Shown: in pieces, positions 13,045-26,460 of the stretch
Numbering within the stretch: position 1 is the first letter of the stretch
Layout of the letters: each line of letters opens with the position of its first letter
NCBI GenBank assembly: GCA_028534125.1
Contig: CM052818.1
Coordinates: 17,920,001-17,984,000, forward strand
Length of the DNA: 64,000 nucleotides
From: Lama glama
Lineage: Eukaryota
Reading direction: 5' to 3'
The notes under the pieces: model-generated
Databases searched by the model: none
Seen by the model: only the letters and a program-made list of their open reading frames with translations
What the model was told of the DNA's origin: nothing
Program-made: the position numbers and the translations under genes

Positions 13045-13409
13045 TGCTATGCACTGAATTCTGTTCCCCTTCCCCCAATTCATTTGCTGAAGCCCTAATC
13101 CCCAGTGTGACGGTATTTGGGAGATAAAGCCTACAAGGAAGTAATTAAGTTTAAATGAGATCATAAGTGTGGGGTCATGATCCAACAGGATAAATGTCCT
13201 TATAGAAAAAGTCAATGAAGAGCTGTCTCTCTCCACCATTTAAGGTCACAGTGAGAAGTCTGCCATCTATAAGCTGGGAAGAAAGTCTCTCCAATTATGT
13301 TGGTGCCCTGATCTCAGACTATCAGCCTCCAGAACTATGAGAAAATAAATTTATGTTTAAGCCACACATCTGTGGTATTTTGTTATGGCAGCCTAAGCAG
13401 ACTAAGACA
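13045..13409 (+). mobile_element. MLT1A/MLT1A0 MaLR solo LTR
   Basis: TG...CA termini; 'gaagccctaatccccagtgtgacggtatttgg', 'cagcctccagaactatgagaaaataaa', 'tgttatggcagcctaagcagactaagaca'. Confidence 0.9.
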
Positions 13410-14957
13410 AGGACGTCAAAAACTTCTATCCCCCCAAATTTTGTACGAACAGCAATCCAGTTTGGTTTCAGTTGGAGAAGAAATCATAGAGACAATAGAT
13501 AGATGAATAGATTGATAGATTGCTACATCACTGGACCAATCAACAGACAAATGATCATATATTTAAGGGCGGGGAAAAGAGCTTTTGAGACTTTGGAAAT
13601 TTCTGAGTGTCTTATCAAATGCGAATCTATCCCAAGTTATTGATCAAGATACAAGCTCAGAAGTTACTCTCAAGAATTTGATGAGATTATCTACCAATAG
13701 CTCCCATTCTCCACAGAGACCACAATGTCCGATGGAGATAGTATTTTCAGGAATTTAATGACCTGTCAAATTGACAGAGATCCTGAGGTACAACCTTAGA
13801 CCTTTTAAAAGGGCTTACTAACTGCCAGTGGTGCCTAACCTGGAAGTTATTATTGTTTTTTGGAATTTGTAAACACTTGAAAAAGTAAGTAAAAAGGTAT
13901 TTTTGTGCCGCAGAGTCAAAGGGTAGAAGCCATGTAAATAACATGTCGTTGTGCAGGGTTGGCGATACTGCAGAAGACAGCTCAAGTAAGCAGCAGATAA
14001 GAGATCCTTTGTAATCAACTTCTCCGCTCCTATAAATATCACTGTTATGTCACTATATATGATGGGTCCCAATAATGAAATTACATAGGTTGGACAAAGG
14101 GGAAAGTTCACACACATGAACTTGGGCCTCAACTTATTTACCAATAACCTATACTAAGTGGTGCCATTGGAAACCTTAAATGATATAACAGGGTGCAGTA
14201 TCCCCAAAGATGGAAGAAGTTTTTACAAATCTAAGTGGGTTGATATAGTCATGTAACTATCAAACATTGGTGACTGTGCATTTGATGTATAATATATGAC
14301 AATATGAAAGTATTTTTTCTTTCTAGGCAGTTTTGAGAACAACCCATAAACAGCTTCCCCCAACTCTCCCCTTTATTATCATCCATCATGCTTAGCTATT
14401 TTAATTTGACATCAGCTACATCTTGCTGCCAAGGAGTGCATGGGTAATTCCACATTGACACTGCTAATTTCTAGACTAACCACAAGGTCTGATGTGATGC
14501 AGTCAGGCAGTAATCAAAAGCATGTTTTCTGAGCTCCCTCATAAAACCTTAGTGGAGATGGGTTTTTTTTTTTCCTTAAACTTATATGTGGTTATTTTTA
14601 TTCCATCAAAGGTGGGAAAGATAGGTAGAATCTCAGTCATTAAAAAAGGGAGATAGTTTCTAAAAAAAAAAAATTCAAGTTAGAATAATATGGCAACACT
14701 CTCATTCTTTGACACGTTTATTAAGAGCCTATATGTGCCAGCAGCTGGGCTTTCCGTATTCAGTTAAATCTACAGAAAGTGTACACATGACCCACTATAC
14801 ACACTTTTTGTAAATATTACCTAAAATAAACCTGCTCAAAATTCATCTAACCACTCCCATTACCCCATGCTTCTCCTCTCCTCTCCTCTCTCTCTCTCTT
14901 TCAAGGCAGAATGATGGCATAATCAGAACAAACATAGGTATTTGATCATTTCTGGCT

Positions 14958-15152
14958 TATGGTGGAAAAAGCAATGGCTTAGGGACTGTATGTCCTGTCA
15001 CTTACCAGGTGACATGATCTCCAACAAGTCACTTAACTTGCCTGATGACAAAACTATACCCTGCTTATTAATTCACAAGCTGCTTTGAGACTCATATATG
15101 ATAACATACATGAATGTGCTTTGAAAGCTATCAAATGCTTAATAAATGTTAG
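14958..15152 (+). mobile_element. MIR (MIRb/c) SINE
   Basis: 'ggtggaaaaagca', 'caagtcacttaac', 'gtgctttgaaagct..aaatgttag'. Confidence 0.6.
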
Positions 15153-15825
15153 ATATCCCTATTTGGAAAAGGATAAAAATAAGTATCAGGTTTGTATAAA
15201 ATGTGTTTGTATATGTTTGTCAAGTATAATTCTAAATACATACGTATAGCATATGTATAATGCAAATATAACAGTTTCCAGATTTCTTTTGTTCAGTGGG
15301 ATTTTAACCCTTAAATTTCTACCAATCTGAGGTTTTCAGTAAAGGCAGGGAATTATGATGAATAACATTTCCATTTAATTAAAGGTTAACAGGTAATTCC
15401 TCTATACTATTGTAATAATCGTATATAGCACCCAGTAGTAGGCTAAGTATTATCAATAATAAGCTATATGAATCATCTTTTCTTTCTCTAAATTCATAGA
15501 GTAAAATAAATGTGTTTCTGCATTAAGGAATTCACAATGTGAGTAGAACAAAATGGGTGCATATAAAAAATGTTCATTGTATTAAAGTATGTGTGCTGAA
15601 GGCCAGTATTTCTACAGAGATTCAGAAAAGGAATCATTCAGTATGGGTGGGAGTAACTGAGAAATCTTCATGAAGAAAGTGTTAGGAGTTAGGATTGAAA
15701 GCACAGAAGTGTGGAGACAGACTAGTTTAAGAAAAACAAGACTATGAAAGGGCGGTGTAACAGTGTTATTACTGATGGTTTCAAAGAAGGAAGGACCGAC
15801 CCAAGTTCCTGTAAGATTTAATATG

Positions 15826-16020
15826 GTCAGAGGGTAAGAGGTACAAATCACTGTGTATAAAATAAACAAGCTATAAGGATTTATCATACAGTAGAGGGAA
15901 CATAGCCAATATTTCATAATAACTACAAATGGAGTATAACATTTAAAAAGTGTCAGTCACTATGTTGTACACCTGAAACTTATATAATAATGTAAATCAA
16001 CTATACCTCAATAAAGAAAA
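15826..16020 (+). mobile_element. Short 5'-truncated L1 3' end with TSD
   Basis: 'tcactatgttgtacacctgaaact..tgtaaatcaactatacctcaataaa'; 'agatttaata' at 15814-15823 and 16022-16031. Confidence 0.85.
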
Positions 16021-16057
16021 TAGATTTAATAGAGGCAGTACTACCCAACTACTGGTT

Positions 16058-16250
16058 TTCCTTCTCACTGGCCTCTTTGTTCTTAGTCAAACTCACAAAA
16101 TATATCCCACCTCAGGGCCTCTTAGCATGCTGTTTCCTCAGCTTGGAAATTTTTTCTCCAAGATATTTCTGTGCTTTTCCTCCTCATCATGTTCACATCT
16201 TGGCACTTTAAGAGGACTTCTCTGACAGCCCTGTTTAAATTAGTACCACT
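16058..16250 (+). mobile_element. L2 fragment
   Basis: 'cccacctcagggcct..tgctgtttcctcagcttggaa' L2 3' motif. Confidence 0.7.
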
Positions 16251-17389
16251 CTCAGCATTAATCACCGTGTGAGATTATAACAGAATAATACGTTTCTCAA
16301 ACAGCACATGAACTCTATGAAAGCAGACAATTGGCCTATTTCGTGTACTGTAATGTGAGGGAAGCTTGGAGATGGCAGGTAGTAGGCAGGTGGAAATGCA
16401 GAATTGGGAATGAAGCCAGGTATAGGATGTAGGTGAAGAAGTCATTCACACAGGAGAAAGTGGAGAAACCATGAAAGGTGAAGTCTCTGAAAGAATGACA
16501 TTCTGTTTAGAGCCATTACAACTCTGAGAACCTTCATTCGTTCCACAAAGGATTGAATATTGTTTGATAAATACTAGAAAATGTTCTTGGAGTCATCATT
16601 CTGAAACGTCAGTTCTAATTATCACTGCTCTAGATAAAGTAGGTACGAGACTAAGTGTAGTAAGTACTGAGCCCAAGACATAGTAGATCGTTGTGATTCA
16701 ACAAGTACTCAATAGCATATGTTCATTTTTATATGATTTACTTTTTTTCCTTAAAAGCATGGTTCAAAAAAAAAAAGGTCTAGGTATTTGAGATTGGGAA
16801 AAAAGTTGTGCTATAATTAAGATGAACAGAGAAGATTTTTAGATTAAACCCTGAATATTCCTTGGGTTTTACAGAAGCAAAATAGGTGAGACTCTCTGGG
16901 CAGTAAGCATAACAGCCTGAACTTGGAAGAATCAGAGAAAATTTGAAAAGAAGTAAGTTACTGGCAGATCCCACTTAATAACCTAATACTTAAATGTTTA
17001 AAACAGTATTTAAAATGCTTGGACTCATTATTAAAAAAAAAAAAAAGCATTTGGACTCAGCCTGCACCATGGCCCCTGACACTCTGCTGTGAGTTTTTGC
17101 TGCTTGTCCAGATGTCATTCTTAAATAATCAAATACATATTCTCCAAACCAAGGTACTTAGACCATATGATTGATGATTTATCCAGAACTACTAATTTAT
17201 TTACTTAATTTTTTATATGTGTATGGTGGAGACGTCTGTTACACCAATTGACTGAAAAGGAGAGACAGATGGTAAAAATGAGATGAAACACAAAGGTTAA
17301 AATATTCATGACCATGATTCCTCATGAGACGCAACACAAATCCAGACAGGATCTCCTGCTACACAGTCTACAGTTGGAGACTTTTCACC

Positions 17390-17862
17390 ATCCCTTCTAA
17401 AATTAACAGGTTAGCGCCATGTTCTCCTATTCCTGATCCTTTCACTCTCATTGGACTGGTTCCCTCACTGTCTGCTGGTCATTCCTCAGGGAGCCCTGTC
17501 TTCATAGTTTTGTTCATGCTACCACCTCTGCTAGTCATGCCATCCCTTGACATCTTCACTGATCCAAATCTGACCACCTTCCAAGGCCAAGTTCAGGGTG
17601 TGAATCAACTGACTCCTTCTCTGACCATCCTGGCCCATTTTCAGTCTTGCCCTCTTACAGACACTGTAGCGTTCACTGTCTGTACATGATGTTGAGTAAT
17701 GGTACCATCTCTGTTACACAGTTAACTTTTTTCATCCCCAGGTTTTCTCTTTGGGAAGAATTGTAGTCTTTTGCATTCTTTTATTCCTTCTGGTGCCCAC
17801 TATATGCCTGGTTCTTCATCTTACACACAGCTGGTATTCAATAAATATTTGTTGACTGATGG
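17390..17862 (+). mobile_element. L2 3' fragment
   Basis: 'ccttccaaggccaagttca' and terminal 'attcaataaatatttgttgactgat'. Confidence 0.6.
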
Positions 17863-19799
17863 AAAAAATAGTTATGAGTATTTATTTCTAATGAAACAAA
17901 TTCACATTCAAGGGAATGTAATGTTTTTTCTTAAAACAAAGCACCATGATGTGAATATTGCTAACAATGGCCCTAAGGGCTGCAGTTTTGTAATGTAGTG
18001 TTTTTCTGTTGAAAAATTAATAATCTTGCACCATAGCTGCTGCCTTTTAAATTTTACTGGTATTGACTGGGGTCCACTCTAGGCTGCGATGGATAGCTTT
18101 GATTTGGGGCTTGGTGCTACAGCAGCAGTTGACAGTAGAAACAAAGTAAAGGTCTGCCAATAGGTCAAAAAACTCAGAATACCACTAATACATTAATATA
18201 ACTTTAATCTCCAGATCAAAAATGAGGACAGTAACAAAGGCCATAATGCATTCATTTAACAAAGAAGGTATTTTTTGAGATAAACTTGAACTGCACAAAT
18301 TCAGTATCAGTGTCCCTGAATAATCTGCTCTTAAGTCTATTTAGTATACTTACTGAAGTATATTGGTTATACTTGTTAATATTAAATGCAGAGGAATTTG
18401 TTAGACATCTATTTACCTGCTTTTCTTTGCAGCCGCCTTTGCCTTAGTCTTATTTTTCTGGACTGTTTACTCCAAGCCTCCGGGGGCCTTTGGGGCCAAG
18501 CCATCCCCTTACAGATGATGGAATTTCCTCTTCTCTGTGTACCTAACTCTACACATGTGCAGCAGCTGCTCTTTCCAGTAGCTGCTAGTTTAAATCTTTT
18601 CCAAGGTAGGGCTGCCTCCACCACCAGCTGTATTCATAGACTCTATATGATGCAAAATACTACTGTATTTGTTTTCTATAATCCAGAGGCTGCTCAATAA
18701 GCTATTTTTGAATTGTGGAGTAAAGCTGAGAGAATTTTTGGAGACTCCCAGATCTTTCCTTTAGACCACCATCTAGTATTTATTGGAAACAAAGATGTAC
18801 TTGATGCTAAATAAGGATAAAAGCATTTTTAATGTACTGTCACTTGACTAACGATAAGCAAACTCAGGATTCACCATTACAGTCAACGTTTTCAAAGCAC
18901 TCAAGCTCTGATGCTCTAACAGTGTCATTTTTTTTCAACAAGAGTGCCAGAGCTATTGACCCAAATGACACCAGATTTTCTGTTACATTAACTCACTGCA
19001 TGCTAAATGCATTAGAATTCTCTATAAATTAAATTTAAATTTTAAAAATTGAAATTTTCTCTGTACCAATGCCTTTTAAAAACCCAGTGTCTTTCTTTCA
19101 AACCCTGTTAATTTGGGAGGATATGAGGATTCCATCTCTAGACCTCAGTGCAGTTCTTAATTACATATCTAAAAATCTATTGCTGCTGGTAATACTTTTA
19201 ATATATATTTTTAAATATATATTTTCTGTGACATTGATAGCTCTGTGCTGAGCTGCACTGGACAACAGAACCAGAGAATCCTGTTGAAATAAAGGGTTTC
19301 CAACAGATTACATCCTTTGGTAGAAATGTTCTGCTAAACCTACTGCAAAGATGTGGCCCTTCTCTAAAGACTCTAAAGCATGGAAATTAATATTCCAAGT
19401 TCCAAGTTCTCTAACATTTGCATCCCACCAAGGCATCTTAAATGCCACATCCTTTGTCTGATGTTTCTGACATGTGGACAACTTATTCTGACAACTTCTC
19501 ACCTCCGTTTTCTTCCTCAACTTGTGGAATAAATGGGGAAGTAATAGAAGTACAAAAAAGGAAGTACAGTCAGTCAGATGGTTTCCCATGAAACATCCTG
19601 CTGCGATCTCCACATGCAAGTAATGGTGCCAGGGCAACCATGACTGTTGTAATTCCAGCGCTATCTGAATTCTTGATTCAGAATACAAAGAGCCTGTTAA
19701 AGATGTTACTTAGTCTGCTTTCTGCTGGCTTCAGAGCAAAAAGATGGACTTGTGGCGCAGGTCAGAAATAGATCAATGCTTCTGATGCTTTATGGTGCC

Positions 19800-20120
19800 C
19801 TTTGTTTCACCAATCCAGAGCAAGATTGTATACTATCCTCCAGTACATCTGTTTGCCCCCAATTCCACATTTAGTTGTCTCTGGACAACTGTCTGATATA
19901 TGGAGCTTTTCTGAGGACTCATATTGGAGTGGCCTCTTGAAATAAGGGGTGCCTCCAGACCGTTTTCTCTTTTTGCAAGTGCAGATTCGTTGCCACAGTG
20001 GTGACAGTGGAGTCCAGGAATTTGGCCCTGTAATTTGTCTCTCCCTCATGCCCATGTTGCTACGAGTTTCTAGGACTGGGGTTTTGCTTTTGGTTACCTT
20101 GACCCTGAAACACATTCATG
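19800..20120 (-). mobile_element. Possible ancient RTE-clade LINE (L4/MamRTE-like) post-RT fragment
   Basis: Minus-frame translation KFLDST..KTVWRH..LEDSIQSC loosely follows RTE motifs (YLGST..RVWNH..LERFHQRC); judged by eye only. Confidence 0.3.
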
Positions 20121-20674
20121 TCTGCTGGTCAGCTCCCTGTGGACAACATTCCTGAATGGAAGCCATTGCCTATCTGGTTTCCAGTCAACTCTTTCCTCCA
20201 ACCCCTTCCCATCACTTTTGTCAATATCCTTTTGGGATCCTGGACGTTTCCACTGCCAACACCACATAACAACTTGGATTTGGTCCTGGACAGCATGGAA
20301 GGAATGTTGTTATTGGTTTACCACTAAGATCTGCTCCAATTCAACCCTCCCTCTCTTTCAGCCATCACTGTATTGCTGCCTAAGTCCTGGGATATGACAC
20401 GTACCTCCATTAGACCCCACTGCTTAACCAGTACTTTCACTGAACCAGATTTCTTTTTGGGAAAATACTCAATAGTAAAGAAATGGAGATTTCCTCCTGA
20501 GCATGGGCTCAGAAATTCCCAAGAAAGTGACAGTTCTGACCACCGAACTGACTCCTAGAAGAAACGCTCACTTCTGATCTGTGCTTTCTCTAAAAGGAAA
20601 CTATGTTGTAGAGAGATCTCTGGCCCAACTAGTCATTGCAGAAAACATCTGCTATGGAAAAGTCAAACCTAAAC

Positions 20675-20822
20675 GAATATGAGGGCCAGAAGAGACCTTG
20701 ATAATCATCCAGTCCAAACTCTTCATTTCATAAGCTGAGGCCAGAGGTGTTAAGGGACTGATTTAAGGACTCTCGGCTTCTCAGTGACACAGCCAGTGCT
20801 AGAACCCAAGTCTTCTGTCTGA
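20675..20822 (-). mobile_element. MIR fragment
   Basis: 'agagaccttgataatcatccagtccaaac..gctgaggccagaggtgttaagggac..ctagaacccaagtctt'. Confidence 0.7.
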
Positions 20823-20924
20823 GAGCAGAATGTAATTATATTTATAAATGTATACTGCACGTATAAGAATTCTTATTTCAAACAAAAGTTGTAAGCATGA
20901 GGCTACCTAAGATTTTTTGATCTC

Positions 20925-21050
20925 CTACTGCAGGCCAGGCCCTGCACTAAGTATACACCCATTGTCTCATTCAACCCTTAAAACAATCCTATGAAGTAGG
21001 TAGCATTAACATTTCCATTTTACAGATAAGGACACTGGCAATTTGTGGGC
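20925..21050 (-). mobile_element. MIR fragment
   Basis: 'aacaatcctatgaagtagg..ccattttacagataaggacactg'. Confidence 0.75.
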
Positions 21051-22026
21051 TAAGATTATTACAAGTAGCCACCAAGATCAAAGCATAATGCAGAATACAA
21101 GCTTAGTTTCTATTATCATTACAAGGAGAACGGAGGACTGAAATACAACAATTATACAAGTTTGAATTTATATTTTATTCTTGTTTGTCATGACAACTCA
21201 CTGGGTTGTCATGCCATGAACTAAAAATGGATCTAAAAAATGCCTCCGGTGATCACATAAAAAAAGAAAAGACTTCTCTTTCTGGATTTATTTGCATTAG
21301 ATGAAGAGAGAGAAGACCTGGCTTACTACTTAACTTTGCTAAACCAGGGCATCTGGATGTTCCACTTCTATTCACGTTTCTGCTTATTTTCTCTTCTATG
21401 GGTTTTCCCAAGACCTCCCTCTCAGGCTCCCCACCCAAGACTCAGGTCAGAAGAAGGCTGACAGTGAGGAAGGTTTCCAGCTGTGGCTGAACACTGTTAC
21501 AACCTGGAGTCTAAGGACTAGCGATGTCAGCCTTCATGTCTCAGGGGCCTGGGGAAGAAAAGGCTTAAATGCAGTCATTCCAAACAAATCAACAGATTGT
21601 CTGGACCACCTCCACTGCCATCCACGATTAACCTCTTCATTTGGATGCTTTTTATCTGGCTTGACTGTGTTTTTCCTTTAAATTGGCAGTCTGAGCATTT
21701 TGTGGGGAGAAGACACAGGAGAGGGAATGTGACTTGAAATATGGTTGTGGGTGTTTTTTTAACAAGTTCTCTAAAAACCTTAAAAAAAGACCTTTTAAAA
21801 AAAATCTCTGTAAATTACCTTCTTTTGCTTCAAAAAGCAAACAGAATGCTCAATGTTCCACACTAGTTCATGAGATACACCCTTTAGGGTACAGAAGGGT
21901 GATTCAGTTTTAGGCACCCAACCAAACTAGAGTAACTTATTTCTTTGAAAAGAAACTTCTCTTACTGTAGTTAAACGTATGAGAATATATGGAAAATATA
22001 CATTATACACAGGAAGACAAAGATAA

Positions 22027-22093
22027 TATATATATATATATATTATTAATATATACACACACGCGTATATGTGTGTGTGTGTGTGTGTGTGTG
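22027..22093. repeat. Compound (TA)n/(CA)n/(TG)n microsatellite
   Basis: Visible dinucleotide runs. Confidence 0.9.
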
Positions 22094-22879
22094 TATGTAG
22101 TGTGTTTCCATGTACAAAGTTTTAGAGTAACCTGCCCTTTACTTTTCTTCCAAGGATACTGGGGAGCTGTCATTTTGAGTCAATTCCAAACATCTTCAAG
22201 ATGTAACCCGTGCAAGAACCTTTAAACAAAGACCAAAGTATAATGAAGAACCCAAAACAAAGCGAGACCTCTCCTTTGGTTTTGAATTCTAAAATGTCTC
22301 CATGGGATTCTAAACACGGTAGGGTCACCTGTCAAGGACTCACATTCACTCATTACAATCAAGCAGTCATACCTCTAGCTGTACCATTTGCACACATGCT
22401 TAATACCATCTTGGCATTCAAGTGAAAGATATTGAGGTTCCCAATGCCTGTGCCCACAATATGGTGGGCTCAATTCTGAAAGTAGAAAATATGCTACTGC
22501 AAAGTCAACATATGGTTCCCCCATAACACAGATCTGCCTAAACCATGCAGAGAGCATATGGCAAAAGAATTCTGTTGGCACAATGGTAGAGTCAAGGACA
22601 AGAAGCTAGCTGACTTGAGGCTGACTGTCTTTCCATTTTCTACCACAGAAGGAAGTCAAGAAATAATTCTGCCTTAAACACGCATGCACACTAACTGACA
22701 AATAAAAACAGTGTATCTTTTCTGTTGCAGAATGGAAAACTTATTTTTCCTGGAAACACCAGAGAGAAATAAGAAGTATACATGGCTCCTGATAAAATAT
22801 GGCATTTTTGACGTCTTTTTCTGGTAAATTATTCAAATTAGTGTATTAAGTTCCCCTACTTTGGGGATACCTTTTCAAT

Positions 22880-23295
22880 TCAGGAGCAATCTGCTCCTCT
22901 CCAATAACTGAACTCTGAGCAACAGTTTTTTCTCCACCAACCATGGTCAGATTTAAACTTCGTGATCCTAAATCCCCAAGCCAGAGCTGATGACTTCACC
23001 TGAGACAATCTAATCCTCTCTCCCAGAAACTGAGAATCGAGATTGAACAAGAGCAGGTCATGTATTTCTGAGCATCACTGGTACTGAATATAGAAACTTG
23101 GGATGTGTGGGGTGGTCAGAGTTCCCTGTAAGAATAAAGGAGACAGAGACACACAGAGAGCTTTCTGGTTGTCCTAGTTCCTGCATGAGCCCCAGCCAAG
23201 CCCAGCTGGCCTTCATACTCCATTATATACTATTCTGTTTTCCCTTTTTGCTTCAGCTAGTTTTTCTTCTGACTTAAAGACTCTTAATTAATACA
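22880..23295 (+). mobile_element. Degenerate ERVL/MaLR LTR (LTR16/MLT1-like)
   Basis: 3' end 'ttccctttttgcttcagctag..aagactcttaattaataca' resembles ERVL LTR termini. Confidence 0.45.
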
Positions 23296-23588
23296 TATAG
23301 TCTATTGAAATCCTATAAAGTTATGAATTATCAATACCAAGATGGAGGGGAGTGGAGGGTGAAGTTGGAAGACTTTGTGGATTGACTTTTACTCCTTTCC
23401 CCCACCAGCTTATTACATACTGCTTTCTAATTCCTTCAGCTAAATCCTTTTCTTCCAACAGGAAGAGTTTCATCAGGGAAAAATATCTTAGGTTTCTTTT
23501 TGTACCTTGCTCCAGCCCCACCCAGCACAGTCCTGGGATTCAGAGGAAGACAACCTACATTTATAATTGATTTAAATATGCTTTTCAT

Positions 23589-23731
23589 GGGGGAAGGTAT
23601 AGCTCAGTATGAGAGTGCATGCCTAACCTGCATAAGGTCCTGGGTTCAATTCCCAGTATCTCTGTTTAAATAAACAAAAAAATAAACAATCAAAGCTAAA
23701 ATTACCACCCCCTCATAAAAAAAGAAAATTA
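23589..23731 (+). mobile_element. Camelid tRNA-derived SINE (Vic-1 type) with TSD
   Basis: 'gggggaaggtatagctcagt' A-box, 'gggttcaattccc' B-box, A-rich tail; TSD at 23574-23587 and 23732-23745. Confidence 0.9.
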
Positions 23732-25479
23732 AAATACACTTTTCAAAATAATGCCCCATTAATTTCAAGTGAGGTGATTTCCATTTTCCCCTCCACCTCC
23801 ACTTCCTCCACTGCCTTTTTCTTCTCCCAGGCGGGGAGTCAGGGAATGGCAAACGCCACTAAATGGAAGGCAAACTGCCCAGACATAAACCCTGCCCTCG
23901 TAAGAGATGTGTCACTGGAATTTATTGTCGAATGGTTGGCCATTCTGGAGAAAGTCCCTTGCAATCATATTATTTAGTCATCATTGAAAGTAGAATGTTG
24001 ATAAATCATTTTTTAAAAAGGGCAAACTTTTAAGGTTTACAGAGTAAATCTATGGAATGCAACAATCTGATCATCCCCCATTTATTTCTGTAATGAAAAG
24101 AGAGCCTCCCAAAGCCAGATTTCTTTGTAAAAATGAATGTTTCTATCCTTCCTTTTTCTGAAAGGAGGAGTTAACAGCATAGTTTAAGTGGAGAAAAATG
24201 TACCACAGGTTCACTTTCTTAGTGGGACAAAAACCCCAGGTAAAATTCAGAAAAATTGAGGGAGAGCAGCAGAACAAATGAGATGTTACACGGGTGACAA
24301 TGACTGTAGCTTTCCTTCTAATATGAAAAGACTGCTGAATGGAGGTACCTGGGCCACCCACTGCTGGAAGAAAACTGCTGGAATCCTCATTACCTTTGAT
24401 TCACTGGTTTGTGAGGTGAGAACGTGGCTCTCACAGCATGTACTGGAGAAGTAAGGTGAATTTCACCTGCTCATCTTCTCCCACCCTTCACCTGCGGAGA
24501 ATTTCTAATTGAAGTCTCTGCTAAGAAAATGTCAGCCTGATATCTACACTGAAACTTTATTTAGAAGTTTCTGTGGGTAGTTGCGCCTTATTCACCCCTT
24601 TGAGAATCACATACATTTTCTAGTTTTTTTTAGGCTTATTTTTGTTGTTGTTTTCTGTTTGTTTTGTATCTTTGACAGCAGTCGATTAGTGTTTCTTCCT
24701 AAAGCGTATAAGGTAATTTCAGAAACAATGAAAATGCTATGATGTGGTTCTTGGGTAACTTCAAGCCATAAGTCCTTAACCATTTGTTCATTCTATCCTC
24801 ACTCCAATTAATGGCGCAAAATACTTCATTTTTAAAATAGAGAATTATACTTTTAAATAGATGATTGCATTTCTTTGACAGGTATGTATACGTTGCCTCA
24901 GAAAAATATTTTGCCACAAAATTTATTGGCTGCCAAAGGATCAGGGAAATATATACACTCAGCTCTCCTAAAGAAGAGCAACGGCTGAAATTCCTTTTCG
25001 GTATTTGCCTTCAATCCTAACTTTTCCTAACTACCAGTTACTCCTGAGCATTTTATAAGAACACCACTGGGACAGTTAACACCATTTTTGTCTGCCCTTT
25101 CAATTACTGCTTCCAGGCAACTCCTTCATCTTGGCACCACCTGGTATGTCTTTTAAGATGAAAATGCAGACACAGGAGGAGGATGGTAGGGGTAGAGCAC
25201 CTTTACACAGGGGGATTCATTTTTCCATAGAAGGCACGAAGTCAGGAGGAGGCCGGTATCTGACATTCCCCAGGGAGCAAGGCCCCCACATCAAGTCATT
25301 CATGGGTGGACATGGCCTAATTCATTCCCTTCCCATAAAGGACATGTTGCACCATGAGCCAACCAGTGGCACTGGGATTGCAATAAATGTTTCCTGAGAA
25401 ATCATGCCCTAAAAAATGGGAAATACTTCAAAAGTACATGGATATACTCAGTGAGGAAGTCTCAGTTTTTCCCTTCTCT

Positions 25480-25810
25480 CCATCTACCGCTTTTCTCCAC
25501 CTGGCTGTGAATATGTGCAGTAGCTTCCTTGCTGGTCTAATCCCAGTATCCCCTCTGTTCATCCACCTTTCCACTCCCAGCAGACTGCTACAAAGCGTAT
25601 CTGATCATGTCTATGTCCCTTGATTATAAACATGGACCATCTCTTTTTTGAACACTTTCATAAAGCCAGGATGAGGTCAGATCACTGAAGTTCAAAAACC
25701 TATCCCAGTCTGTCCCCAAAGTGCAAAATCCTTGACCATCCTCCCCGGACCAGTAATAGCCAGGTACCCGCAAGCTCAGTTTGCCTTCTTCCAAGGATAT
25801 TTTCACCCCT
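25480..25810 (+). mobile_element. L2 fragment
   Basis: 'tgcagtagcttccttgctggtct', 'atctgatcatgtc'. Confidence 0.5.
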
Positions 25811-25920
25811 CCCCTGCACAGGGGCCCTTACGCACACCTTGAGTGATGTAGGAGCGCACCACCAGATCAGTCTAATGTCATTACGATGGACATGGTAAAC
25901 GGATGACAGAGAATCAGTGG

Positions 25921-26460
25921 TTTTGGGGGGAAAACAATTTTCCCTCTACCTTTCTGAGTTCTCAGCTGAGACTCTTACAGTAAAAGAGTAACAAGAGAAA
26001 AACAAAGAGATTACTACCACGTATACCTCATGTATGTCTATACGGGAGATACCCAGGGAGAGCTGAGTAACTGCCAGGTGGGTTAGAATTCAGGCTTAAG
26101 TTCCACCCTCATAGGGAAAAGGGAGAGGAATGCGGGCCTCTAAGGGGAGAATAAACAACTATTAGAAGAGATGAACTGGCCCTTAGAAGAACAGATGGGA
26201 GGTGTGATAGCTTGTGACAAGGCTTGTCTGAGTGTCGTGTCGGCTTCTCATCTCCTGGCCGTGGTGAGTCAGTCCTCCCTGGTTTATGAAACTCTCTGGG
26301 AGGCAATTTACGATAATTGAGCTCCTTTTGCAGGATCTGAACAGATAGGAGTTCAGAGAAAGTTCCTCCCTACATTAGCTGTTTTTTTAAGACCCTAAGT
26401 TAAAAGTAATCAATATGCCAAAGGAGCGTGTTTTAGGGTGGCATTTTCTGCTACCCTTCA
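25921..26460 (-). mobile_element. MER34/MER39-like ERV1 solo LTR
   Basis: Reverse strand starts 'tgaagggtagcagaaaatgccaccctaaaacacgctcctttggcatattgattac', the recalled MER34/39-group 5' end. Confidence 0.75.

Noticed and set aside
19308..19688. 126-aa minus-strand ORF
   Set aside because: Non-ATG start, no recognisable domain, and a length plausible by chance.
23589..23665. tRNA-like A/B boxes (also ~60570-60645)
   Set aside because: SINE heads with A-rich tails, not tRNA genes.
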